Shown here one piece after another: positions 11,915 through 24,146 of a stretch of DNA of 64,000 nt. Source of the stretch: the human T2T-CHM13v2.0 reference genome, Homo sapiens; assembly GCF_009914755.1 (NCBI RefSeq), contig NC_060936.1; one strand, written 5' to 3'. A program made the position numbers and the translations under genes. The first letter of the stretch is position 1; every line of letters begins with the position of its first letter. Below the pieces are notes generated by a model. That model was given only the letters and a program-made list of their open reading frames with translations. It was not told where the DNA came from and did no database searches.

Positions 11915-12372
11915 CAAATTCTGTTTGCCCCTTTGATTTCTTCACCCCATCTGTGTCCTGGGAGGCTGGGTCAAAATCACGGCTCTATTGTCTTCTATCT
12001 TCCTGCTGGGTTTTGCCTGTGGGAAATTAGGAGAGCAGGGCGGGAGGGAAAAGAGAGATCAAGGTACTTATTCCCTGGCTCCCTCCATGCCGGCCCTACA
12101 TGGACTTAGCAGTGGCTGCTTTTCTCTATGAAAGGCTGCAGCTTCTTCCAGGGAGTCCTCTCTTAAACTCTCATCCTTACCAGGTTCTGGACCTTCTATG
12201 AAACCCTGTCCCTTAGGTCTCAAAGTGGTAGTAATTTTCCCCCTTGCTAGCCTCGGGGTTCTCTGCCATCCCTGTCAATTCCCTAAACCCAGTCCCACAG
12301 CTTTGTAATGACCCCTTCATTCCACCCTCTCTCACCCATTTTGACTGTGCATTTATTTCCTGCTGGGACATA
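11915..12372 (+). mobile_element. LTR33
   Basis: ctgtgtcctgggaggctg...ggtacttattccctggctccctcc...ttcctgctgggac. Confidence 0.7.
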
Positions 12373-12714
12373 AAAGCCTTCTCTGAACCTCAGTTTACCC
12401 ATCCATGAAATGAGTCCTTCTCCTTCCCAGTCCATCTTGCAGAGGTTGCCTCAAGGGCAAAGCAAAACCTGGATGGGAAAACTCTCTGGGGAAAACAGAA
12501 GTTCAAAGTGCCACCCAGGAGCCAGGCATTCGTGTTATTAATAAAAGCCAGATAGGACTCTTCCATCTGCCTGTGCCTGCCTCCTCAGAATCCCCCTCCC
12601 CTTCACGCCCCCTGACCTCCTCTCCATGTCTCCGCCTTGACATCCTCCTCCCCTGGCTGGTGTTCCCACTAAAGCCATCTTCCCTTCCCCCGCTCATCCT
12701 GCACCTCCATGTCT

Positions 12715-13050
12715 GTGGAGGGATGAAGTGCCCGGCTAATATAAGCGTGTTTACATTAAAATATAAGGACAATTACACCAGCCGATCTAATAGTCGGCTC
12801 TGTATATGTTACCAAGTACTTAGGGCTCTCTTTTGGAAAGCCATTATGCCCATGTGATTCCCCTCAAAGCCTTTCTTGAGGATTTTGTTTTGACAGGAGG
12901 GCATTAAGGGGTTGAAACTGATAGCATAAGCACACCACTTACACACTTTGATCAAATCGGTCCATAATTCTCCTGCAGAAAGTCTTGTATATATTAGGAA
13001 GGAAATTAATTTTATTGCTGCTGCGGCTTTGCTGGTTAATGGCCCAGCAA
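12715..13050. promoter_or_regulatory. Candidate conserved developmental enhancer
   Basis: Repeat-free, retains CpGs; FOX TGTTTAC 12748, MEIS TGACAG 12891, TCF/LEF CTTTGAT 12946, CDX/HOX13 TTTTATTGC 13010, several TAAT cores. Confidence 0.5.
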
Positions 13051-13859
13051 GTCAGCCGGCCCCAGAAGGCGAGCCGTGGGAGGTGGGCTCACCGCTATCC
13101 TCCCAGGCCCAAGGTCCACGGCCACAGGCGAGTACGATCCAGAGGGCACAAGGCAGGAGAGCCCCGGATGCCGCAGGCTTCGGGGTGTAGGCAGCTGCAA
13201 CCTGCTCCCTCTGAGCTGACCTCTCACCAGAGTTGTCACAGCTGAAATGCATATGGGGCGCTTACTGCATAATGTGGATTTGGTCCAAGCACACAGCACA
13301 TGTCACAAGCTATCAGCATTGGAGGGGAATTCAAACACATACCATAATTTGAAAGACTTTGAGGGTGAAATGGTATCGTCCATTTATATTTGTACTGTTA
13401 GGAAACAGAGCTGGGAGAAGAAGATAATTTAAATAGCAAGGGTGTTGATCTGCCTATCATTTCATTTAATGAGCACGTACCCCGAAGTTGGTATGAGATA
13501 CCAGATGGGAACAGGATCTCCTGGCTCTCTCTGGTTCCTGTGTGCTAAGATTGAGCCTAGAGATTAAGATGATAGTGTTTTGTACAGAATGCCCCCAAAT
13601 GTCAGGCAGCCATTTCATCCGGCCCCTTCAAATGAACGAATACCAAACTGTTGCTATACTCAAGGGACAATGGTGCTTAAAGGAGTATTTTGTGCATGTA
13701 TGGTTTTTGCCTTTCTCACTGATTTTGGAACTTAACTTCCCCACAAAAGGTAACTCCTTGTACTTCAAAAAAAAAAAAAATTCAAGTAAAATTTTAAAAC
13801 CACACATATCTATGAAAACCATCATCAATGTCATTATCGGGTGAAAGGTGAGGAGTATG

Positions 13860-13990
13860 GGAAGGAATAGATATGACAATACAGATGCTGGTAATTGCTG
13901 AAGCTGGCAGAAGGTACAGGGAGAGGAATACACTACACTATTCTATTTACTTTGTTTATGTTTGAAATTTTTTATAATAAAAATTAAAGA
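13860..13990 (+). mobile_element. L1MC/ME 3' end fragment
   Basis: taattgctgaagctgg...tactttgtttatgtttgaaattttttataataaaaa. Confidence 0.7.
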
Positions 13991-14219
13991 TCTTAAGGCT
14001 GGTCTTCTAATGACCTCATTTCTATTATCTTGAATTCTAGAATGCTTACTGGAGTGGGAGAGAGAAGGGTCGAATAGAGGTCTCACAAGAGGAATTGAGT
14101 TTAACCCCACAGGACAGGTTGTATGTGAGAATGTCATTCATCACACGTGTTTTGGGGTTTTTTGTGTATTTTTTTCTGGTATAAAAAAGAGATGGAGGAC
14201 TTTGGGGCATAGAGGGGCA

Positions 14220-14410
14220 AAGGCACGAATTTTGCAGTCAGGTGACCATGTTCTGATCTCAGTTCTGTCACCGTGGGACCTTAAGCAAGACACTCTTTGA
14301 GTGTCAGTTTCTTCATCTGCAAGATAGGGATAATACTTACTTGACAGGATTACATGATCACAGCACAGGTAAAGTGCCTGGTACAATCTAGCCCTCAGTA
14401 AATAGTGGCT
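14220..14410 (+). mobile_element. MIR
   Basis: cagtttcttcatctgcaagataggg...gtaaagtgcctggtaca. Confidence 0.8.
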
Positions 14411-14420
14411 GGGGTCTGCA

Positions 14421-15360
14421 TGTGTAAATCTTTGCCTCTCAGCAGGAACTCTTTTTTCTAATGATATCACTCTGGTTTTCCTCTGGGAAACTGCCCTTCC
14501 CTCTACTTCCAGTCCATGCGCTTTAGGTGCTGTGACTCCACCCCAAGCTACAACGGGCATGTAACTCAGGATGGCCAATCACACCTCCTTCCTGCCTTAG
14601 GGTGTGGTTTAGGTGCTGTGACTCCACCCCCAGCTACAATGGGCATGTGGCTCAGGGTGGCCAATCACAGCTCCTTCCTGCCTTACGTTGGTTTAGGTGC
14701 CGTGACTCCACTCCCAGCTACAATGGGCATGTGACTCAGGATGGCCAATCACAGATGCTTCCTGACTTAGGTTAGTTTAGGTGCTGTGACTCCACCCCCA
14801 GCTACTATGGACATGTGACTCAGGATGGCCAATCACAGCTCCTTCCTGGCTTAGGGTGGTTTAGGTGCCATGAGTCCACCCCCAGCTACAATGGGCGTGC
14901 GACTCAGGATGGGCAATCACAGCTCCTTCCTGCCTTAGGTTAGTTTAAGTGCTGTGACTCCACCCCCAGCTACAATGGGCATGTGACTCAGGGTGGCCAA
15001 TCACAGCTCCTCCCTGCCTTAGGGAGTCACAGATGTCATGTGGCCACATTAGAACCAATAAGACAGATGTGTCATAGACTTTCACTGGCTTTTTTGATGG
15101 AGAAGCATGCTCTCTTATTGGAGATGAGAATGTAAGCCTGGATTTGCGAGCAGCCACTACTTTGCGAAAAGCAGGACTGAGGTAGACTAAATGTAGGCAG
15201 AAAGAAAATAACACCCACTCCTGAAAGAAAGTGAAAAAAAGACCCAGTCCCTGGATCAAGCCATTACTAAACCTATTGCATTTAGCCAAGCAACTGCCTT
15301 TGGGGCTTAAGCTCCTGTTAGGTTTTCTGTCACTTGCGAGGGAAAATTCTGACTACTACA
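14421..15360 (+). mobile_element. LTR16-family (ERVL) solo LTR with internal VNTR
   Basis: gggcatgtgactcagg...ggccaatca core; 3' ccctggatcaagcc...ttttctgtcacttgc...tactaca. Confidence 0.8.
14522..15024 (+). repeat. 84-bp minisatellite, about 6 copies
   Basis: Unit starts at 14522, 14608, 14692, 14776, 14860, 14944. Confidence 0.97.
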
Positions 15361-15942
15361 ATTATTATTGCCATTATTATTACTATCACTTGTCAGTTAC
15401 AGTAGCCTATTTTTGTTCCTATTATATGAAACTTCCTTCTGAGATGGTGCCCTTTGGGATCTGTTATTCTAATGTCATATTATCCACCCAGCTTTGTAGT
15501 TTGTATCATTTGTGGTATTTCTTGCCTTCAGTATCACTGCTACACCATAAACATGTCTAAGGACTCTGGTCTAACATGACTAAGAAGGGAATAAAAAGAG
15601 ATATTATCCTGCCAGGCAAATTCTGAAAACGCCCAGCCTCTTGGTAGGACCCCTAGAATATGACCAGTGGGGTGGCAAGCCCTGGTATCCCCAACATACT
15701 TTGGGGTGGGCATAGGGGCTATTTATGCTCCTAGAACTGAACAAGGCAACAACAGGGATAAGAGGTCTTAGACAAGTTTGTACGATAAGGGGCCTGAACC
15801 TTATCAGCTCATGGTTCACCTTCCAGTTATCTGTTGCCATGTAACAAATGGTCCCAAAATTAATGGTGTAAAACAACAATTATTTTATTAAGCTCGCAGA
15901 TTCCATGGGTCAGGAAGTCAGACAAGGCGTGGTGGGTAATGA

Positions 15943-16470
<528 letters not shown>

Positions 16471-16829
16471 GGGCTCTTCTTGTAGCTTGGGCTTCTCACA
16501 ACATGGCAGCTGCGCTCCAGATATCCCAACAGGGAACATCTAGAGAAGATGTGTTCCAAGAGAATGGGGAGGAAGCTGCAGAAGCTTTTCTGATTCAGCC
16601 TCAGAAATTATACTATGTCACTTCTGCTGCATTTCATTGGTTATACATGAGTTGCTAAGACCAGCCCAGATTCAAGGGAAAGGAATTAGGCTCCACCTCT
16701 TGGTGGGGAAGTGACAAGGTAACATTACAGAAGAGAATGATGAATGAGAAATATTATTGCAGGCACCATTGGAAAATGCCATTAACCATGGTGCCCAGGT
16801 ACTGCCACCATACCTAGGGTAGAGACAAT

Positions 16830-17080
16830 ACCCAATGCTTACTAAGAATTTACTAAGCGGCAAGCACAGAGCTAACCAGTTTATATGAATGGTCTCATTT
16901 CATTCTCATAACTCTATGAGGCAGCTATCATCTTTATACTCCTATAACAATGTAGAATAGAGAATCAAGAGGGTAAGTGACTTGCCCAAGGTCCCCCAGC
17001 TAGCAAATGAAGGAGCTGAGATTCAACCCCAGGCCTGCATGAGCCTCGACATACTTAATAATGTGCTGTTTTGCCTACAA
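16830..17080 (-). mobile_element. MIR
   Basis: taagtgacttgcccaaggtcccccagctag...gattcaacccc. Confidence 0.85.
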
Positions 17081-18224
17081 CTTCCCTTTTCCTCTTCCAC
17101 CCTGTCCCCTTTCTGCCTGTCCTTGAGAAATTCTTCTGTCTTTCAAGAAATATCCTGCTCTTTATTTTCACCTGATTTCACCTAGAAGCATGGAATTTAA
17201 GAGCATTGTCTCTACTCTCATAGGTAAAGCAGGGAATACAACCCCAATCTGACAGATGGGAAAACGAAGGGCCATAGAAGGAAAGTAACTTGCTAAGGTC
17301 ACACTCAAGGTCATTGGCTCAAATTACTAATCGGTTTATGGGTTGCACATCACCCTTGAACAGTACCTTGACCGGGCCTCCCTGTGATATATGAGGGTAG
17401 GGTCTCTGCTGCCCTTTATGCCTCACCATGACCGGCTTTTCTCCTCTACCCCGGTCCCGTTCGAGGATTCCCTCTGTCTCCAGTCGGGCTGCTCCCATGG
17501 CTGTCAGACACATAAATGATGGGTTCCTTGGCCCCTGTTTCTTCCCGTCTCTCCCAATCTCCCTTTCCTTTACCCCAATCCAGCTTTGGCCTCCCGAGCT
17601 ATCTCATCTCCTTCCCAGTGGGGGATTGTGGCATGTCCAGAGAGTGTCCAGCCCTGAGAACTGTTTACACTAGAGATTAGCATTTATCTCTATCCTTTCA
17701 ACCTCTCTCCCCATGCTCAGTGCTGCTGTCTGCATCAAGGATGGAGGAGCAGCCCCCAGAGATGAGAGCCAGCCAGGCTGGGGTTACCTCCCTGGCATCT
17801 GCATCCCCTGAACCCTCTTTCCCACCATCTTTGGGATCAGTCCTCCTGTTCTTGTTCAATCTCTGAAAATCTTGCGGTTTCTGGATAAATGCCAGTGACC
17901 CCCTAAAAAGGTAAGCCTGTACCTTCTTTTTGAAGAGGAGTTTTACTTGTGGGTATTTGAGCCATGTAAGCCCTTTTTAACCCACAAAATATACTAGGAC
18001 CCTTATTCTACAGAAACTCTTACATGTCTATGCAAAGGTAAAAGCATATTCATTTTAATATTTTTTGTTGAAAGAATGAAAATGTAGGAAAAAAATATAT
18101 CTTCGTCAATAGCAAATAGCCTGACTGAAATCTGCTCCATCCATACTCTGGACTAGTAGGCAGTCATTAAAGAAATGAGGTCATCCTGCGTGTTCCAATC
18201 TGAGAAGATGTTCAGATTATATAG

Positions 18225-18538
18225 TGTTTTCTTTAGGGCCCCAGAAGGACACTGATGGCACATTTAAACTGAGTCATTTAAAAAGAGTTAAACAAAGGGT
18301 CTATTTGTAAAGGTGTGAGCAGGGTTTAAAGAAACCAACAAGGGGCAGTGTAGCAACATGAGGGAGCTGTTACCACTGTAGGCCGGAGGGGGAAGAGGAG
18401 CTGGGGTGCCTCATTAGCCAAACCCAGCCAGAAACTAGAGAGCAAGGGAGTGTAATGATGCAGTTCCCCAGGGTGCAGAGCGGGGTAGAGAAAGGTAGAG
18501 ATAGATATACATGGGCAGAAAGAATTAATCCAGCACAC
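18225..18538 (-). mobile_element. LTR33 (internally deleted)
   Basis: gatggcacatttaaactg...cattagccaaacccagccagaaactagagagcaaggga. Confidence 0.65.
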
Positions 18539-18656
18539 AGAGCTAAAAGAAGAAGAAAAAAGAAAACTATATATGCAGGATATTTTCTTTTATGTAAAAA
18601 CATAGAAATGAAAGGAAAACCAATTCCCTAAGCTGTGTATCTGAATGGATATACGG

Positions 18657-19215
18657 TGCAAAGGTGCAACCATGTTCATTTTAATGTTCTTTGTTGAAAG
18701 AATGAAAAATTAGAAAAAATATATTTGTCAATAGAAGATAGCCTAAACTAACCCCCAAACTATATACCCATAGATATATCAATAGATATATCTATATGAA
18801 TATGTATCTATATGGAAATATCTATGGATATCTGTCTAGCCATAGAGATGTATCTATAGAAAATAGAAAATAGCCTGAACCAACCCTCCAAACTATATAT
18901 CCATAGTTATTCATAGGCTAGATAGATATGTATCTATATGATATATCTATAAATATATATCTATCCATATAGATACATCTATGGATATATATCTATCTTT
19001 CCATATAGATATATCTATGGATATATAGTTTGGGGGGTGGTTCAGGCTATTTTATATTGATAGAGGTATATTTTGTCCTAATTTTTTATTCTTTCAACAA
19101 AGAATATTAAAATGAATATGCTTGTACCTTTCACAGACATGTGAGAGTTTCTGTAGAATCAGGTTCCTAGTATAGTTTCTGGGTTAAAGGTCTTACACAG
19201 CTCAAATACCCACAA
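18657..19215. repeat. Imperfect inverted repeat built from copies of 17947-18124
   Basis: 19041-19215 is the reverse complement of 17947-18124; 18657-18780 pairs with about 19010-19132. Confidence 0.9.
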
Positions 19216-20798
19216 ACTATTTTATATATAGTTTCGGGGTCTCTCTCATTTTGTATATATAGATGTAGAGAAAAGGGCCTGGGTGGATAAAGAACAAATT
19301 GTTAATGGTAGTTACTCTAGGGAAACAGAAGGAGATATAGGAACATGTCCCTACTTCTGTATTATCTTTTTTTCTATTATCTAAATTCAATATTAATAAG
19401 GTGCATTCTCTTGTTTCCTTCCTCCCTTCTGCTCTCAATTTTTGCCTGAACTCCCACGTCTTCTCTTCAGATGGGCACTCGCTCCACACCACAGGTGGCT
19501 AAAAATATTGTGTGTGGGGGGCGTCCTTCAAGGGACTTTGGGTGAGGCTTGAAGGAACGCCCACTAGCTGGGAGGGAGGGATGAAACCCTGGACTTTTAG
19601 AAAGTCCACTTCAATTCCAACTGGGTAGCTTCCCTTGGGCAACTGGCTTCAGTCTTCTGGTCAAAGGCAGTAATAACAGTATATGCATCCGGATGTTTAC
19701 AAAGACACTACTTGAAAATGCAGTTGGCATGGTGGCTGGCACCTGGATGGTGCTCATCAAGTGTCATGACATTCATTTCTAATCTCCAGGAAATTAGTGG
19801 TTTCTAGAAGATGTTCACATTCATCCTTTTGGCTTTAATGGAGGAAAAGATGTCCAAGGCAGGCTGCTGACAACACAGCACTCTCTGTGCTCTTTGTCTT
19901 TAAGTCCCCCATGTCCCATGCTCTCCTGATCTCCTGCAGATTCAAAGGCCAGCAGGCAGAGTCTCACAGTGCGGCAGACCCTAACTGGCTCCCTAGCTCC
20001 CACCCATCTGATAGGACACAGCTGTCCATGGGGGGAGAAGGCACATTAGATAAGACAGTCAAACAAAGGCTACACTTTGTATATTTGATTTGTCTGACCT
20101 AATTCCCAGGCCCCACAGGAACAGGTTCAGGGCTGGGGATGGGGTGAAGAAGAGGGCATGGTTTCCATCTCTCTCCTGAGACTGTCCTGATCTTTCCTGG
20201 AACCTTGGCTGTTTCACTGGGGATGACCATCCAAGAGCTCTGAATCTGCAAGCCAATGGCCATGAGTTCAGATGCTGATTGTGTCTCCATGTGACATTGC
20301 ACAAGTTGAGTCACCTCTTCAAGACTCAATTTTCTCAGTAGGTAAAATGGGCCCAATAATGCCCGTCTTAGAACATATGAGATTTTGTGAGCAAGATGTG
20401 TTTAACAATAAGTCTGATGGGTTCTTTGTCATCCTGCATCTTTTTTTTAAATTTTTTTTATTTTTTTATTTTTATTTTTTGGCCTTCTAGGGAGGAAAGT
20501 TAGGATATTTAGCTCTGTGGGGCCTGAATCCCTCTCAGTAGCCCTATGAGCCCAACTAAGCCAGGCTGATGGATCACTGATTTTGTCCTGCAACCCCTTC
20601 ATTGGATTACCCAGGAAAGTCAGGTTTGGCCTCATGCAGGTGGGAGTAAAGGCCATTGTCCAGGTCCAGGGGGATTCCTCCCTGAAAATCATCTGCTTCT
20701 TCCCCAAACTGATAAAGCCATAAGCAATGAAATGTCATGGGCATAAGAGGGATCAATCATGCAAGAAAAAATAAGCACCATTCTCAGACCTGAAACTA

Positions 20799-20902
20799 GA
20801 TGAAAGGAACTCAGAAAATATATAATATATGTATTTTTTGTGTTTTCTGAGTTCCTTTCATCCTTCCTTTACATAATATATGTGAAAATACATATATTAT
20901 GT
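20799..20902. repeat. Two adjacent perfect inverted repeats (20-bp and 13-bp arms)
   Basis: gatgaaaggaactcagaaaa/ttttctgagttcctttcatc; acataatatatgt/acatatattatgt. Confidence 0.95.
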
Positions 20903-21564
20903 ATTTTTATAATGGCATTTTGTGGGGTAAAACATGCTTTTTTTTTTTTTTTACAAACTTAAAATGGCTTTTAAATGAGTCCTACTTTGACATTTTAAAA
21001 TTGCCAGAAGGCTCATAAACACACAAATAATACAGGAATACCTGCCAGAACAAGTAGATTTATCACCTGTACCAAAAGAAGTTAATAAACAAAACGCTGA
21101 TCTTAGAAAGGACTAGAAACCTACGTACATTTGTACCCCCAAATCAGATTCCCAGGTGCTTAAACGTTGTGCGACATATGATTGTATTACAATGAGTTAT
21201 ATCTTTTTTAAAAACGTATGTGTCATACTTATGAAATTTGTTTAGCCTCCATCTACCATAGAATGCCAAGTGCCTGAGGGCAGATTCCCGGTTCATTTCC
21301 TTCACCTCTAAATCACCAGCACCTTGGACAGTGCCCGACACAATGTAGTTACTCAATAAATTTCTTGTATGAAAAATAAATCATCTGTTTATGGGTCCCT
21401 TTTCTTTAGCAATTATTTTGTCCTTCTGTATTTACACTACCCAAGAGATGAAAGAGTGAGTGATTCAGCTTTGAGCCTCCAGAACCAGGGATCTGCTACA
21501 CAACAGCTGTGTGACTTAAGGCAAGCAGCTTCACCTCTCTGAGCTTTGGGAATTGGTTAGAGTC

Positions 21565-22310
21565 TTATTTTGAAATAGAGCATCCTTTCTCAAGAGTATA
21601 GCAAGTATAAACGAGCAATTTAAGGAGCAACGATAAAATGGACACCAATGCAACAGCATCTGAAATATCTCAGATGTCCCTCAGGGCCCCTCCTCCCTTG
21701 CATTCTTCTTCCTCCCCACCCACATTGAGAAGGAACTGCTACCCTGATTTTTTTTGTAACAATCATTCTCTTACTTTTCTTTCTCATTTTACTACACATC
21801 TCTGTTTCCTAACAATATATGGCCCTTATTTTGCTTTTCTGCAGTTCATATATATGGAAACGGGCTTATGCATCCCTCTGTGAGTTGCATTTTGTCTTCA
21901 CATTATGTCTTTAGGAGTCTTCCCCTGTTGAAGCATGCAGCTGTAATACATTCATTTTTCACTGTTGATTGGTGTTCTAGTATGTGGATATGCCACACTT
22001 TAATTGTCCATTCGGCTGATGATAGACCTTTGGATTGATTCCCAGTCATTGCTTTACAAATGATGCTACTATGAGCATTGCCCTGTGTGTCTCCCAGAAC
22101 ACACACAAAAGAGTGTCTTTCAGGCACACGCCTAGGCCTCAGATTTCTGGCTTATAGGGTGTGTGCACAATCAGCCTCAGCGGGCAACGCCATCCTGTTC
22201 CCCAGGTGGATTGCATCCATTTACAACCCACCAGCACTGGTTGAGCCCCTTGTTGTTTCACATTCTCATCAATGCTGGCAATTAGAGCTAGAGTTTCTTT
22301 ATCCATAAAT
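21565..22310 (-). mobile_element. L1ME 3' fragment
   Basis: cattcatttttcactg...gatatgccacac...tgctactatgagcatt. Confidence 0.8.
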
Positions 22311-22937
22311 TAGGTGTATTATCTCCTGCCTCAAATCGTTCTAGTGACAGTTCCATGAGAAAACACATGTCAAGGCTGTGCTCCACAGTAAGGCTGTGTT
22401 GAGCCCAAGATATTTCTTCAGGGGCTGCAGGAGTAGACTTTCCTGTCCAAACAATGTTGGTCTAAGCTGCATAAATGTTAGGTACCCATCACTAGAGGCA
22501 ATTAGGAACAATGCACACAGCAGAGATGCAAATATTAATTTAATTATTAAGGGAGGAGGACTGAGTGAAGAAAGAGGCCTCATTGGGGTAACTAGTGATT
22601 AATAAGAAGTATCGATCACTTTTTTGGCCCTTAAATTGTTCTAAGATTGACAAGCATTGTCTTATTGATCCTCTGGACAGCCTATGAGGTAGGTATCACC
22701 ATAATATCCCTGTGACCGACAAAGAAATCAAGGCAGAGAAAAATTATAAAACTCATCCAGAGCCACAAAATAAATTGTCTCAAGAAACCTCTATCTAAAC
22801 CACCTTATACCACCTCTCTCCTGAAGGGGAAACTTGACTCTTAAACCAAGATAAACATTGAAATTTATGAATGTCAAAATTACACTTTGGCTATCATTGA
22901 GAAAGGAATGATATGGCCCATCTAGATCCATTGCTTA

Positions 22938-23876
22938 TGTAGGGGCCAAGGGAAAGCTTCTCCTTGTCTCTCTGAAGGTTCACTGAAAAATCAACTGACA
23001 AAAGGAAGATTAATTGGAGAGAAGGCATACAAATTTATTAGCATGAACACAGGAGAGAACTGCAGAGTAATTACTCACAACACCCCAGTAGGATATAGTA
23101 GCTTATATACTATCTTGAGGTTATAGAAAGAATGGGGGCTTGGATTATGGCACAACAAATTATGGGAGGGGAAGAAGAGGAGGCCTGGCTATCATAGGTG
23201 CTCCTGCTGTTTAGATAAAACCTCACAGTTAGCAGGTCTCAGAGAAAATAGATGGCAGATGTTCCTTTCAGACCTTTAAAAAGTGTCAAACTCTGATATG
23301 GTTTGGCTGTGTCCCCACCCAAATCTTATCCTGAATTATAGTTCCTGTAATCCCCACGTGTTGTGGGAGGGACCCGGTGGGAGGTCATTTAATCATCGGG
23401 GCGGTTACCCTTATGCTGTTTTTGTGATAGTGAGTTCTCATGAGATCTGTTATTTTTATAAGGGGCTTTTTTCTCTTTTGCTTGGCACTTCTCCTTGCTG
23501 CTGCCATGTGAAGAAGGACGTGTTTGCTTCCCCTTCTGCCATGATTGCAAGTTTCCTGAGGCCTCCCTAGCCATGCAGAACTGTGAGTCAATTAAACCTC
23601 TTTCCTTTATAAATTACCCGGTCTTGGGTATATCTTTATTAGCAGTGTGAGAATGGACTAATACAGACTCTCAGTTCATCTTTCCTAGATTCAGAGAAGG
23701 GAAGACCTCAGAGAAGACCTGGCTGCATCAATGCAGATTTTCTGTACAAGTGCAAATGTCCCCTCCCAGAAGACAGGTTTATAGGCCTTCTTCTGTTTGC
23801 AGGACCTCTGACCATCTGTCTCAAAATATGTTTTTTAAAAAAGAGTATATTTTGGGGTGAAATATTTTTTCTTTCA
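22938..23876 (-). mobile_element. MER39B-like ERV1 LTR split by THE1
   Basis: tgtaggggccaagggaaa...attttggggtgaaatattt...tca; TSD-like ctta/gtta. Confidence 0.8.
23294..23665 (+). mobile_element. THE1 (THE1D-like) solo LTR
   Basis: tgatatggtttggctgtgtccccacccaaatc...ggactaataca; TSD aactc/gactc. Confidence 0.95.
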
Positions 23877-24146
23877 GTTACATAATTCTTTTGTGATATG
23901 TGTGAAGGTGGCTATAATGGCTTTGCCTTGGGTAGAGAAGACTAGCCAGGCAGCCACTGTCATTTTCAGGAAGGTGGGAAATGAAAAAGTTAAATGGAAT
24001 CAGATCAGATCTGCATTACATTTAAAAGAATTCTCCTGTGTGTGGTTAGGGAAAGAGAGAGAGAAAAGCAGATTCAATAGTACAGTTGGTTCCTCCCACC
24101 CCTCTATTTACTGAGTGTCCACCCAGTGGGAAGGTAAGAGGGGAGA

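Larger units (their letters stand above)
17930..19400 (+). mobile_element. L1ME 3' remnant, interrupted by LTR33 and by a local direct/inverted duplication
   Basis: ccatccatactctggactagtaggcagtcattaaagaaatgagg; later aaattgttaatggtagttactct. Confidence 0.6.

Noticed and set aside
13050-13200. CpG-enriched patch as a CpG-island promoter
   Set aside because: Too short and too sparse in CpG.
14522-15024. Regular repeat array superficially like CRISPR
   Set aside because: Head-to-tail units with no unique spacers, no cas genes, primate context; it is a VNTR.
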